Origin: Octopus sinensis
Taxonomy: Eukaryota
Direction of reading: 5' to 3'
DNA length: 64,000 bases
NCBI RefSeq assembly: GCF_006345805.1
Contig: NC_043000.1
Location: forward strand, 110,670,001-110,734,000
Positions 38,331 through 52,568 of the stretch are shown one piece after another (positions within the stretch are counted from its first letter, which is position 1; each line of letters opens with the position of its first letter). The translations under genes and the position numbers were made by a program. The notes under the pieces were generated by a model. The model was not told the origin of the DNA. It saw nothing but the letters and a program-made list of their open reading frames with translations, and did not search any database.

Positions 38331-39828
38331 TTTTTCATCTTTTACCTGTTTCAGCCATTAGACTGCGGCCATGCCTTGAAGAATTTTTAGTTGAATGATT
38401 CGACCCCGGTACTTTTTTTAAAGCCTGGTACTTATTCTATCGCTAGTTGTAGGGGATGTAAACACACCAACACCGGTTGTCACGTGGTGGTGGGTAACAA
38501 ACACACACACATATGCATATCAAATGCAGATTTATGAAGAGGCGGGTTCCGATTATGTGAAGAGTGCAGAAGACAGGATGCTGATGGAAACCAAGAAACG
38601 ATGTGTAACACAGTATCTACCGAGAGGACTTTGTCCTTTCAAGCTCATTGCAACCCCTAAGATGGGACCAACCAATCTCATATTTATTAACAAGTCTCAA
38701 GTGACCCACAATTTTGTATAACTGCTCCACCCTTGGTTTTTTTATATGATTATTGTAAGTACATCACCACACGCCATTCTGAGATATTTTCATAGCCGCT
38801 CGTTCTATGTATGAATGGGTCCTGATAGCAAAATGAAAGAAAAGTATAATAATAATTATTATTATTATTGATACCGTTGTTATTGTAGATTTGGTTGCTT
38901 TTCAAATCTCTGGTTCCAAGTTTTATCCAGATGGGAAATGTATTTGGTGATATCTTTGTTTATGTTTGGTAAAAGGAATTACAAGACAGTTTTGCATTAG
39001 TTTCTGCTGTTTCTAGCACATTAAATACTCAAGACAGATTAAGTTTGCTTCTGCTGCGGAATCACTTAATGCTTTTAATGTATAATTTTATGGTGTTAAA
39101 TATACTTCTTTATCCGTATTGATATTTTTAAGTTAAGAATTATGGCTCAGTCAAAGCAAAAATATATCATAAATTCTCCTTCCACAGAGAAAGTAGTTAT
39201 TAACTTTTGAAAATGGAAGACATATTTAAGTTTATTTATTTATCTAAACATCCTCGTTTTCTTTGCGATTGTGGACATTTTTGTGAAGAGACTAAACGCA
39301 TAATTGTACAACAACAACAGCAGCAACAACAATAAATAGAGTGATTTGCTTTCTACCAGGAGTCGGAAAGACTCTCAGCAAAAAATGGAAACAAAATTGA
39401 AAGAACTCATAGTAATAATGGCTTCACATTTTGGCACAGGTCTGAAATTTTGGGACAGGGGTTTGGTCGATTACATTGACCCCAGTGCTCAACTGGTACC
39501 CAGAAAAGATGAAAGAAAAAGTCGGCCTCGGCAGAATTTGAACTATTATCTTCGCACTTTTCCAGACTCTATTTCCATGGATCTTACTGGATTCTTTCGT
39601 CGAAATATATCGCATTAATCCACCACGACTTTTGAACTTCGTGCATTAATAACTTTGCCATTTTGTCTCCTTTTTATCTTTTTTTATCTTCTTTCTCTTA
39701 TTCCTCTTTCCAGCATTCCTAATCCCAAATCCTTCGTCCTCCACCTCCACCACCGCCTCAAAAATCATCATGTCGAACCGTTAATCCTCACATATTTTTT
39801 TCTCTGTCTGTGTTTTTCCCTCTCAATC

Positions 39829-39863
39829 CTTTCTGTCGAAGAGCATAAAGTCGAAACGTCAAC
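39829..39863 (+). ncRNA. Atypical hammerhead (CUGUCGA core), degenerate stem II
   Basis: cttt CTGTCGA a gagc ataa agtc GAAAC GTC aac. Same family as 34663, with a shared downstream cacctgtcttcgtctttt tail. Confidence 0.55.
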
Positions 39864-39945
39864 GACTTTTCCATTCTTCCCTCTTGTTCCTTCACCTGTC
39901 TTCGTCTTTTGTTTTCTGTAAATTTGAACTGTATATATATATATA

Positions 39946-40458
39946 TCTATATATATAAAACTGTAGTTGTGTGAGTGTCTGTTCCCTTCGATTTAGATTC
40001 CTAACTACTCCCACATTTTGCGGTGCAGTTTAACCAAATTCGGGTATCTTATAGTCGTGATTCATATCGAGCCCGTCTGAGTATTAGCGCGCGTCTACAA
40101 TGAGTCTACAATTTTAAAAATAATTTAACATCATTTTTTATTCCATTTTAATGCATAATTTTTCGTGTGTCGATGGCGGCGGAGTTGGCGTCCATGGTCA
40201 CACCTGCACCTGTTTGCTTCTTCCCCTTCTTCCCTCCCTCGTGAAGCTGTGGGGAAGGGAGTGTAAGGAAATCAACGTCGTAAAGCGTTGTCAAGGAGAC
40301 CAGCGTTCTTTTAGAACAACGACTTCATGGCTTGAAGACACCAAAACAGAAATGGCTAAGAAAGCCCAAATTGGCATCTATAAGGGAAGTAACTCTCTAA
40401 AAATGCTTATATAGTTATTGCCCTTACAAACCCGAGCAACGCCGGTCGATACTGCTAG
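39946..40458 (+). mobile_element. Non-autonomous Helitron-like element (complete)
   Basis: A|TCTATATATATAAAAC start; cccgagcaacgccgg hairpin; CTAG|T end. Confidence 0.8.
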
Positions 40459-40462
40459 TATA

Positions 40463-40495
<33 letters not shown>

Positions 40496-43400
40496 GGAGA
40501 GGTAGATAGATGGACGGATAGACAGCTGGATGGATAGGTAGATAGGCAAATACGTGTTTCAGTTTTTCAATGAGTATCTTTCTTGTACTTGTTTCAATCA
40601 CTAGACTGCAGCCATGCTGGGGCACAGCATTGAGGGGCTTAGTTGAACAAATTGTCTCCAGTGCTTCGTTTTTAATCTCATCATTCTGTTTACCGAAACA
40701 ACTAAGTTGTGGGGACGTAAGCAAACCAACACAGGCTGTCAATTGGTGGAGGAATAACCATACACACACACACATATATATGCGCAGAGTTTCCACACAG
40801 TTTCCTTCAATTAAATTCATATACAAAACTAGGGGTTATACTAGAAGACACTTGTCCAAATTGCTGCGTTATAAAACTGGACCTAAAACGACGTGGTTGT
40901 AAAGCGACCTTCTTGACCGCAAACCCACGCCTGCACCTATACATATAACGAATTCTGCACATATGTGGATGCTAAGCGCAGACTATTGCACCATTTCTTC
41001 AAATGTTGCATTACTGGTACTAAAGCTTTCAGCCGTGGTGGACGATAACAGACAGAAAATATCGCTTAGGATTTGAACCCAGTATAAGGAAAGGTGAAAC
41101 AAAATACGATAAGACATTTTGTTCGATGCTCCGACATTTCTCTCAATTACCCCCTCCCCGACCATCTGAACATGATAATAAATATGAATAATAATGGTTC
41201 ATTTGATTGATCTTTAACAGTAACTATTTGTCTTCCGAGTAATCAAAATAAATCAATAAAAACAATACGAATACAAAACAAAGAATAAAACAAAAAAAAA
41301 ACAAAAGTATTATTCTGAGATTAAAGCTTTGATGTGTCAACGAGTTCCTGAAGTCGGAGAGAAATGGCGGCCTAAACGATCGGTAAGTTAGAGAAATGAA
41401 AATCTAAGTGGAGATAAATTCTTTTATTTTATTCATAAGAAAATAAAGCATAAACAAGTCACGGCCGGTTAGATATTGTTAATACTCAGTTAAGGAGGTG
41501 GCGAACTGGCTGAATCGTTAGCACGCTGGGCGAAATGCGTAGCCGTATTTCGTCTGCCTTTATGTTCTGAGTTCAAATTCCGCCGAGGTCGACTTTGCCC
41601 TTCATCCTTTCGGGGTCGATAAATTATGTACCAGTTATGCACTGGAGTCGATGTAATCGACTTAATCCCTTTGTCTGTCCTTGTTTGTCCCCTCTGTGTT
41701 TAGCCCTTTGTGGGCAATAAAGAAATAAGAATCGTTAGCATCCCGGATTAAATGCTTAGCGGTATCTCTTCCAGCTTTACGTTCTGAGTTCGAATTCCTC
41801 CGAGGTCGACTTCGCCTTTCATCCTTTCGAGGTTCATAAAATAAGCACGAATACAAATCGATTTTTACGGAGCCTTTGATTCCAAAGTTTATTCAGATTA
41901 CGGCTTCTTTTCGAACCAGGAGTGGTCACCTTGGTCAACACTTTGAACTGAATATTAAATTCGCTTAAATAATTAAATGAAATACAGATACCTTTGCATT
42001 CATATAAACTAGTGTGGTTTATACCAGGGCTCCCTCATGAACCCGGTGACCAGCAAGATAAAAAGGCGAAATATCCCGCTCATCATTACATACGTTACAA
42101 TATAATATCCCCTAGGGTATGTATGTAGGTATATTCCAAAATTGTTGCTGCTGGAAATCCTTTGAAATGCATTCCGAGTTCCAGGGAAACCCTATAAAAA
42201 TAAAATCACTATTAGTCTTATTCCTTATCTTTCAAAAAGTCATCAAGATTAAAGAACTCCAAAAATTGTCTTTGAGAGGTTTGGTAGTGTAAGCATTGTT
42301 ATCAAACTCTTCGAAGATGCTTTTGGAAATTTTGTCTTTACCAACACCATATATTCACGAAGCCACTGCTAAAAGATTATTTTCCCGCAGGGTTTCCCTT
42401 ATTATCTACATAGCCCTAGATTTCCCTACCTAAAGGAATGTGTCACATGATTATAATATAATTTTGCGTTTATTTTTCTTGAGCCCTGCAACTCTAAAGG
42501 CTGGTAACTCGGTTGCCATGGCGTAGAAATGACTGAGATCAGAACATTACCCCCTGAACGGGAACCCGGTCCGTTGCAGGATTGAAGGCCAGTAATTTTG
42601 AAAGAAGGCGACAATTCTATTACATCGATCTCAGTACTTAACTGGTCCTTTATTTTACCAACTCCGAAGGGATGAAAGGCAAAGGTGACCTCGGTAGTAT
42701 TTGAACTCAGAACGTAAAGAGCCGGAAGAAACGCCGCCAAGCATTTTGCGTTGACGATCCTTTTCTACTACAGGCACAAGGTCCGAAATGTATTCTTAGC
42801 TTTTCTCCTTTCTCCTTCTCCACCTTCACTCCTCTCTCTTGCTCTCTTTCTCCTCTGCCCACTGCTGTCATGTGACCCGTGGTCAGCTTTCCTTTCTTTC
42901 TCTCCTTTTTTCGCACTCTTCCTTTTCACATCGGGGACGTAAACACACCAGCGTCCGTTGTCAAGCGATGGTGGGTGGGTGGGTGGGTGGGGGGGGGGGG
43001 CAAACGCAGACATACACACACGCACGCATACACACACACACAAACATATATACGACGGGCTTCTTTCGGTTTTCGTCTACAAGATCCACTCAGAAGGTTT
43101 TGGTCAGCCCTAGGCTACAGTAGAAGATACTTGTCCGAGGTGTCACGCAGTGGAACTGAACCCAGATGCGTGTGGTTGGGAAGAAAGCTTTATACCACAC
43201 AGCCACGCATGTATGTATATAAATAATATAGCATATAGATATACACATGTATCTAGTCATTTGCATATATATGAGAGGGAGAGAGAGAGAAGGGGGAGGA
43301 TGAATGTGATAAAAATGTAGGGAAAATAAAGAAGTAGAAACGGTGCGTTTGAAGGGGGGGGGAATTAAGGGGTGGGGCAAGAGGAGAATAAATATTAACA

Positions 43401-44556
43401 GAATTAAAGAAATCAGTGAAAAGAAAAAGCAGCAGATGATGGTGGAAGAGGAGGAGGGGATGAAGAAGAGAGTGGGGGAGGACGACGACGACGTGGAGGA
43501 AAAGATAATGACGTCAACGCCAGCGTATGATATTGGTGGTGGTGGTACGGGTGGTGGGGGCAGTTGTGTTGGTAGTGTCGGGGGAAGATAATGGCAGCTG
43601 TAGTGGTGGTGATGCTAATTCTGATATTGATAACGATGGTGGTAGTGATGATGGTGATTGTGGTGATGAGGATGATGATGATGGTGGTGGTGGTAGTGGT
43701 GGTGATAATGGTACTAATGGTACGACTGGTAATGGTAGTGATGGTGGTAAGTGTTGTCGATGATGATGATGATGCAGATGACGATGGCGACGACGACGAC
43801 GATATCGATGATGATGACGAAGATGAAGAAAAAAGAAATATAGATAGAAGTCGGCGATAACAAAGAAGACGAAGAAGAAAGAGAGAAGACGGTGATAAAA
43901 AGGAAGAAGAAAACGTTGGTGAGAAAAATGGCGTTGTTGTGGACTTTGCGAAGTTGGTTTGCTGCGAAAGTGAAAGTGAAAGTGAAAGTGGAAGCAGAAA
44001 GTGATTTGAATTTTGTAGGAAATGAGACAACATGTCGACTTGCATAGAATCAGTAAGTTGTGAACATTGGGATAATTTGAATGAGTTGGGCCATTTTTGA
44101 TTGGATATAAGACCTGAGGCTACATCATGGCACTAAATACTTCCACATCCAACTCTGGTTCCTTGCTGCTTGCAGACATTAGATATTTCATGAATAATAA
44201 TAATAATAATGGTACGGCTCGGAAGACATATAGAAAAATTTCTTGACTGAATAATTAATGCGAATTGTAGCTTTGACTGAGAGATTATTCAGAAAGTCCC
44301 CAATATTTTAGGTCGAGGTTGCATAAGTTATTACAGAAATATGTTGTAGTTGTGGTTATTGTTGTTGTTATTTGTGTTGTTGTTGTTGTTGTTCTACCTG
44401 TTGCTGTTGTTGCTTTCCTGTTGCTATCATCTTGTTGTTCTTGTTGGTATTGTTGTTACTATCGTTGCTGTTGTTTATCGCAAGAATTCGATTAAGTAGA
44501 ATGAAAGTTCGGAACTCCTGGTCTACTGATATTTATGTTATATATTTAGATAATTA

Positions 44557-44946
44557 CTAGCAGTATTGCCCGGCGTTGCTCAGGTTTCTTTCGACCCTTT
44601 AGAATTGGAAATTTTGAAAAGTAAAACTTTTGCATTATGTAGCTTGTTATTCTCTGTAAATGAAGATTTTTCTGGTTGAAATACACCGAAAAATGGCGAC
44701 ACAGCAGTCAAAAAATCGTAAAAAATAGGGATTTTCATAGAAAAAAAGCACCTTTTTGATGTAAATAATTTTTGGTGTTAACATGGTCCGATTTGAATTT
44801 TTTCTTCTACGGAAGGAAGAGCAAGCCTTCTTCTATCATACTCTCAATTTTGGTCAACTTGCGCCACAGGGTCTCGGAGGAGATACTGTTAGTTGAAGGC
44901 TACCAAACCTGCCATACACGGACAACTTCAGCTTTATATATATAGA
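44557..44946 (-). mobile_element. Non-autonomous Helitron-like element (complete)
   Basis: Minus strand: tctatatatataaagctg ... cctgagcaacgccgggcaatactgCTAG|T. Termini shared with 39946-40458, interior different. Confidence 0.8.
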
Positions 44947-45163
44947 GAGATTTAATTTTATAACGTAACCCATGAACGGCAGCATCTTTGGTTCTAGGAT
45001 ATCAAATGGCTACTCAAAAGGTCCCTGCAACGAAAAAGACAAGGCTGTGTCTCAAAACTCGATACGAATATTTCAAGGAACTTTGTACAGTAAAGTTGAT
45101 TACGGTGTATGCATGCATGTATGTGTGTATGTATGTATTATGTATGTATGCATCAATCAATCA

Positions 45164-45260
<97 letters not shown>

Positions 45261-45276
45261 ATTTATATTATATTAT

Positions 45277-45548
45277 GTGAAGGTTCGTGGGCTAGTGGTT
45301 AAGCGTGTTGCGCTCACAGTCGTGGTTTCGATTTTCAGACCAGCTGCGCATTATGTTCTTGAGCAAAACACTTCATTTCACGTTCCTTTCGTCCACTCAG
45401 TCGTACATCTGTAACCTTGCAACAAACTAGCCTTTCGATCAGAGGGAATGTTAGTCTGCTGTTAGTCTTTCCAAGGTTAAAACGAAACAAAGCGCATTGT
45501 GACCAGCGATGTACAACAACATCCAATAATCTGGCCGATTGCGTGATA
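45277..45548 (+). mobile_element. SINE family C (tRNA head, ttgagcaaaacacttcatttcacg CORE-like body); this copy has an RTE-derived tail
   Basis: Related copies at about 34243-34505 (-), 37983-38270, 46778-47060 and 58730-58920. Confidence 0.7.
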
Positions 45549-46289
45549 TATTATACATGAAGCTGCGATTGACACATGCGGAGATTAGTAACAATTTGCG
45601 GTTGAAGTTTAACCCCAAATCTCTTCTTTAGAACTTTCTAGAACTTTCTACTTAATCTTTTCCGTATTTAAACGAACTCTAAAACCAAAATTAAATTTAC
45701 AGTGTTTTTCTTCTTTTTCCACCTTTTTTTTATTCATTTTACTTCCACCCCTCCCTCAATGCTTTGACTGGCATTGACAGTCTCTCTTTTATTGGATAGC
45801 TCAATTATTTAAAGAATTATAGACTTATTAATCCTCATTGCTGCTGCCACCAAATTTCGGTGACCTCACTACCGTTATCATTAGGTTTTTATCCAATGCC
45901 TATTCTCACCGTCGCTACGATAACCACCGCCATCACTGCCAACGCCGCCACCATAATTATGACTACCAGCACCAACATCACAATCAGCACCGATTCTGAT
46001 GCTGTTACACAATTCCGAAGTTATTAGATCCTCCAATAGCATCATTATCATTCCATGATTAAGGTGGTGAGTTGGCGGAACCGTTAGCACGGCGGGCAAA
46101 GTGCTTAGCGGCATTTCGCCTGTCTACACGTTCTGAGTTCAAATTCCGCCCAAGTCGATTTTGCCTTTTCATCTTTTCAAGGGTCGACAAAATAAGTACC
46201 AGCTGAGTCCTGGGATCGATAAAATTCACTTACCCCCTACCCCAAAATTTCAGGCCTTGTATCTATAGAAGAAATTATTATTATTATTA

Positions 46290-46478
46290 TTGCCTTTGCA
46301 CAGCTTCTAACGCTGGAGATGTACTACGGTGTCAGCTGTTCATTACCAGTGAACTTAAGGTAACACCTCTTATTTTTCGAGCACCTTCTGGAGTATTCGA
46401 GCGGTTCCAAGCAGTGCTGTTTTCTGCAAGTGCTCCACCCTTATTGCAGCCTCTATTTGCTCTATGTACTTCTCAAGA

Positions 46479-46480
<2 letters not shown>
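46290..46480 (-). mobile_element. R4/Dong-like 3' end in (TAA)n
   Basis: LEKYIEQIEAAIRVEHLQKTALLGTARILQKVLEK* plus a short UTR, between (TAA)n tracts. Confidence 0.75.
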
Positions 46481-46518
<38 letters not shown>

Positions 46519-46542
46519 AATAATAATAATATAATAATAATA

Positions 46543-46587
<45 letters not shown>

Positions 46588-47683
46588 GGCGGTGAGCTGG
46601 CAGAATCGTTAACGTGCTGGACGAAATGCTTAGCGGTATTTCGCCTGTCGCTACGTTCTGAGTTCAAATTGCGCTAAGGTCGACTTTGCCTTTCATCCTT
46701 TCGCGATCGATAAAATAAGTACCTTCCCCCAAAATTGCTGGCCTTGTGGCAAAATTAGAAACTTTTGTTATAATATTGTGAAGACGCATGGCCTTGTGGT
46801 TAAGGCGTTGCACTCACACTCATGAGATCGTGGTATCAATTCCTAGACGGAGCGGTGCGTTGTGTTCTTGAACGAAACACTTCATCTGGCATTGCTCTGT
46901 GATCACTTGGACACCTGACGTGTGGTACACCTGTGCACCTGTCCAGGCAACGTCGATTTGATGAAGGAGCGAGTGAGCTTAAGTGATCACTATAAACGAA
47001 TCATTTATGCAGGTCGTTCGCCAAGACATGAACACACGGAAGTCGTCTTCCACGCGAGAGTCCATCATCATCATCATTATTATTTCATATTCGCACAACA
47101 GATTACACCGTTGCAAAAATATTCCGAACATCGAGCTACAACAGGTAACCTTAGGTGTAAAGAACATTCCTGAGTATCCTAGCTGTCCTTAACAACACTG
47201 ATTTCTGGAGCTGCCCCGATCTGAGATTTGTGCTTATTTTCTCTATCCATTCTTCCGCTTTTTTACGTTCTGAGCTCAAATTCTGCCGAGGCTAATTTTG
47301 CCTTTCAACCTTTCGGGATTGATAAAAGAAGTACCAGCTGAATATTAGGGTCGATATTATTGCTTGATCTTCTACCTGGTGAATTTCTTATACGAAATGT
47401 CCTACATGCTTACTCTACATCTACAACTTTGTAACTCTTATTAGTAAATGAAACACGCGTAATGGTGAATAGATAATGCTAAACGTTTTTCCCAGTCCCA
47501 TGTTTTGATATCTAATTACTCTGCTAAAACTATTTCCAGTATATTTCAACTCTTATGCATGCCTCACACGCAAATATAAAATCTACATAGAATTTTGGAG
47601 CACTGGAATAAGGAGACGAGCTTCGAGAGTATACAGCTTGGATTTATAACAACCATATCTACATGATATATGTATGTGTGTGT

Positions 47684-47751
<68 letters not shown>

Positions 47752-48104
47752 TGTGTGTGTGTTAATCCGATTCCAGTGTAAACCTCCACACTTTTGTCAT
47801 TTCTGTAATGATTCTTTCATCCGACGTTCTTGTGGTAAATATTATTATTATGATAGTTTTTTTTTTCTTTCAAAACAACCATTTCTCACTTAACAAAAGA
47901 GATAACAATCAAAGGGTATGAAACAAAAGTGAATCAGTTGCTTTGTGGAATATGATTGATGTGGTCTGCAGACAATCGATGCGTGACAACCCTGATTGAA
48001 TACTTCCTTCCACTGACATTTTATTGATTTACGTTTTATTCGCGCTAACAAATCTTTTTTTTAAATATAAAGTGTTTACAGACAAAAGGGAATATATATG
48101 TATG

Positions 48105-48210
<106 letters not shown>

Positions 48211-48616
48211 GTATATAAACATATATATGTAAATATATATATATATAGACATATATCTATATATACGTATATATATATACATGCATATATATATATGCAT
48301 GTACTTATACAAATATATGTAAGGGTATATATGTATGTATTTGTATATATACAATATGTATATATATATATATATATTATATATATATATATATGTATAT
48401 ACATACATGCATATATATATATATATGTATATGTATGTTTATATATATATATATATATATATATATGCATATACATAAATACATACATACATACACCCCA
48501 CTAGAATGGGAGAAAGCGCTAATGATCTAAGTGATATGATATATATGTAAAAAATGTAATATACAAATAAATATCTGTAAATATAAACCATCCGATTTTC
48601 TGAGTACCTCATTTCT

Positions 48617-50750
48617 TCAAACACTCATCAGGCGCATCAAAAGACTCAACAAAAAAAATCAACCAATTAAAATATTCCCACACACAACATCCACATTCAA
48701 CAACAATGAAAAGACTAGAGCTGGAAAAACTTCATCTGCAGACCAACATAAAAACCTCCATTGAAAATCAAAGAGCTGTGGAGGAACAATGGGTAATCAA
48801 AAACATCAAACAGAACCCAAAAGTGTTCTATTCTTATGCAAATAAGCATAGAACCACTGTCTCACCCATTGGGCCATTGATTGATGATAACGGCATTCCC
48901 CAACACGATGCTAAAGAAATGGCAGAAATACTGCAGAAACAATACTGCTCTGTCTTTAGTGTTCCCACTGATATTGACGTAAGGGAAACGAACGAAGTTG
49001 ACTCCCAACACAAAATCTCAGACATAACCTTCACTGCCACCGACATCGTAGCAGCAATAAATGAGGTCAAACATTACTCTGCTGTAGGCCCTGATAGATT
49101 TCCCGCTAGTCTCCTGAAGGAATGTAGATACCAACTTGCAGTCCCTCTGACCAACCTCTGGAGAAATTCGTTAGACGCAGGTTATATACCGAAACAGTTT
49201 CTATCCCAGTCGGTCATCCCGGTTTTCAAACAGGGAAACAGATCCCTCGCAGTCAACTATCGCCCAATCACACTCACCTCCCACATCATTAAAGTGTTTG
49301 AAAGAGTGTTAAGATCAAGGATAGCTGACTTCCTGGAGACCCACAAACTCCTAAATGCAAATCAGCATGGCTTTCGCTGTGGCAGGGACTGTCTAACACA
49401 GCTCTTACACCACATTGAAGATGTACTCAAAGCCTTGGGAACAGGTTCGAACTCTGACGTCATATATCTTGACTTCAGTAAAGCGTTTGACAGGGTAGAC
49501 CATAACATCCTACTCTCAAAATTGGCAAATGTTGGAATCCGTGGAAAAGTTCTACACTGGATTAAGTATTTCCTGGCGAATAGAACACAACATGTTGTAG
49601 TTGATGGAGTCCACTCAAACCCAGCAAAAGTCACCAGCGGTGTTCCCCAGGGAACTGTTTTGGGTCCGCTACTCTTCATAATTTACGTAAACGACCTTTC
49701 CAGTGTCGTACATTACTGCAAAGTGAAAATATTTGCTGATGACACTAAGCTCCAGCAAATCGTCAATGAAGAAGCAGACCAAACTCAACTCCAGTCTGAT
49801 CTATATGCTGTGAGTCAATGGGCAGACAGAAACAAAATGCAACTGAATGAGGGAAAATTTGAGCTGATGCATTTTGGAAGAAATTCCTCACTAAAACAAC
49901 CATACTCTCTTCCTTCAGGGGAGCCGCTCACAGCCTCTAACAATATCAGAGACCTGGGTGTAATTGTTGATGACGATCTCAGTTGGAGTGCACACATCAA
50001 CAAGAAGGTCGATATAGCTCGTAGGATGAGTTCCTGGATCTTAAGAACTTTCCGGTCCAGAGAACAAGGTGTCATCATACCACTTTTTTCCTCCTTTGTA
50101 CGGCCACACCTTGAATACTGCTGCCCACTGTGGTCTCCTCACACAAGACAAAACATCTCCAGAATTGAGTCACCCCAGAGGGCACTCACTAAACAAATTG
50201 AAGGCATGGCTGCTCTCGATTATTGGAATCGCCTTAAAGCCTTGAAACTTTACTCCCTCCAGCGTCGCCGTGAACGGTACATCATTTGTACGATGTGGAA
50301 AATATACCGCCAACTTTGCCCAAACGACCTAAACATTAGCTTCAAGGTTCATCCAAGACTTGGACCACGGGCTATACGTCCCCTGCCCAATTCAAGATCA
50401 CAACATACATGTACACTGCAACATAATTTCTTTTCCTCAACAGGCCCTGCCCTATTTAACATTGTCCCGAGGGAGATCAAAGAGGAAAAGGATCCCATCA
50501 ACTTTAAACAGAGTCTGGATAGATTCCTTCAAAGAATATTAGATAAGCCACCCATAATTGGATACAACTCACCCAACAAGAACTCACTACTTGAACAAAA
50601 CTGGATACAACTCACCCAACAAGAACTCACTACTTGAACAAAACTTGACTTAAACAGGATTCGAATAATCCTATCATGTGGTGCTATTAAGTTAGACATG
50701 GCCTGGACCAATCTTTGGTCGAAACATATCTAAATTTATCTAAGTTTATA
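48617..50750 (+). mobile_element. CR1-group LINE, 5'-truncated (no ORF1 or endonuclease)
   Basis: Intact RT ORF, short 3' UTR ending tatctaaatttatctaagttta; sits between (TA)n tracts. Confidence 0.9.
48706..50637 (+). CDS. Reverse transcriptase (ORF2 C-terminal part), 643 aa, uninterrupted
   Basis: GPD, NYRPITL, QHGFR, YLDFSKAFD, GVPQGTVLGPLLF, FADDTKL, RDLGV, LEYCCPLWSP, SLQRRR. Confidence 0.92.
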   Translation: MKRLELEKLHLQTNIKTSIENQRAVEEQWVIKNIKQNPKVFYSYANKHRTTVSPIGPLIDDNGIPQHDAKEMAEILQKQYCSVFSVPTDIDVRETNEVDSQHKISDITFTATDIVAAINEVKHYSAVGPDRFPASLLKECRYQLAVPLTNLWRNSLDAGYIPKQFLSQSVIPVFKQGNRSLAVNYRPITLTSHIIKVFERVLRSRIADFLETHKLLNANQHGFRCGRDCLTQLLHHIEDVLKALGTGSNSDVIYLDFSKAFDRVDHNILLSKLANVGIRGKVLHWIKYFLANRTQHVVVDGVHSNPAKVTSGVPQGTVLGPLLFIIYVNDLSSVVHYCKVKIFADDTKLQQIVNEEADQTQLQSDLYAVSQWADRNKMQLNEGKFELMHFGRNSSLKQPYSLPSGEPLTASNNIRDLGVIVDDDLSWSAHINKKVDIARRMSSWILRTFRSREQGVIIPLFSSFVRPHLEYCCPLWSPHTRQNISRIESPQRALTKQIEGMAALDYWNRLKALKLYSLQRRRERYIICTMWKIYRQLCPNDLNISFKVHPRLGPRAIRPLPNSRSQHTCTLQHNFFSSTGPALFNIVPREIKEEKDPINFKQSLDRFLQRILDKPPIIGYNSPNKNSLLEQNWIQLTQQELTT

Positions 50751-50768
50751 CATACCTAGTAGTTATGG

Positions 50769-50812
<44 letters not shown>

Positions 50813-51471
50813 ATATATATATATATATATATATAATATAAATGGATACTCACATAATAGTTATGGAATAATTAGGTTAGCCAAAATATTATTTCTCATC
50901 AAGTTCCTATGGTTTTATGGTTTTAAGGATTAGGACAAGAGAGTGTAATTTCATTTGATTGGGCACGACCAGAAACTTCACATTAAAAAGAGCTGAAGGA
51001 AGCCATGGTCTCCATACAAACCAGATGATGTGTACTTTTACGTAGCCTGGTTTTCTGTTACTGTTTCCTCATTTTCATATATTCTATGTTTTTAATATTT
51101 TGTTTGTGTATCGTGCAGTGAAGTCTACTAAAATAACACAATGAGCGAGATATGCAGATGTGGAGGGAGTAATATTCTCAAGGAGGACTCTACAAAGACG
51201 CCACCTGGTGCTCTTTTTCGCTCTCTCTCTCCTCTCTCCTCTCTCACCCCCTCTCTCTCCGTCAGTCACTCTCTCTCTATATATGTATGTATGTGTGCGT
51301 ATATATATATACAGTGAATACTTTATGTTTTATATTAAATATAATATATATATACATATCAAATAAATCATTATATTGTATTACATATCAAACATATATA
51401 TATACATATATACATATATTATATATATGTATATATACAAACACACACATATGTATACATACATATATATA

Positions 51472-51519
<48 letters not shown>

Positions 51520-51523
51520 CATA

Positions 51524-51559
<36 letters not shown>

Positions 51560-51653
51560 TATATATATATATATGTATTTTTTTTTTTTAAGGCTTATGT
51601 ATATATATATATATACACACATATATATATATACACATATTATATATATACAC

Positions 51654-51705
<52 letters not shown>

Positions 51706-51706
51706 C

Positions 51707-51761
<55 letters not shown>

Positions 51762-51774
51762 TATACATATATAT

Positions 51775-51830
<56 letters not shown>

Positions 51831-51836
51831 TATATG

Positions 51837-52000
51837 GCTCAGGAGTGGCTGTGTAGTAAGTAGCTTGCTTGCCAACCACACGGTTTTCGGTTCAGTTCCA
51901 CGGCGCGGCCCATTGGGCAAGTGTCTTCTACTATAGCCGCGGGCCGACCAAAGCATTGTGAATGGATTTGGTAGACGGAAACTGAAAGAAGCCCGTCGTA

Positions 52001-52080
<80 letters not shown>

Positions 52081-52320
52081 TATATATATATATATATGTA
52101 TGTATGTATGTGTGTGTGTGTTTGTGTGTCTGTGTTTGTCCCCCAACATCGCTTGACAACCAATGATGGTGTGTTCACGTCTCCGTAACCTAGCGGTTCA
52201 GCAAAAGAGACCGATACAATAAGTACTAGGCTTCCAAAGAATAAGTCCTGAGGTCGATTTACTCGACTAAAGGCGGTGCTCCAGCATGGCCGCAGTCAAA
52301 TGACTGAAACAAGTAAAAGA
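51837..52320 (+). mobile_element. SINE family B copy (full length)
   Basis: Complete head-core-microsatellite-tail organisation. Confidence 0.85.
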
Positions 52321-52371
52321 GTATATATATACATACAAACACATATACATATATTACGTTTATATGCATAC

Positions 52372-52443
<72 letters not shown>

Positions 52444-52522
52444 GTGATATATATAACATGTATATATATGCATACATATATATATATAATATATATGTGA
52501 TATGCATATATATACATATATA

Positions 52523-52568
<46 letters not shown>

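Noticed and set aside
43343-44045. 210-aa S/T-rich and D/G-rich ORFs
   Set aside because: Degenerate GAT/GGT/GAA trinucleotide low-complexity tract, open in several frames; no domain.
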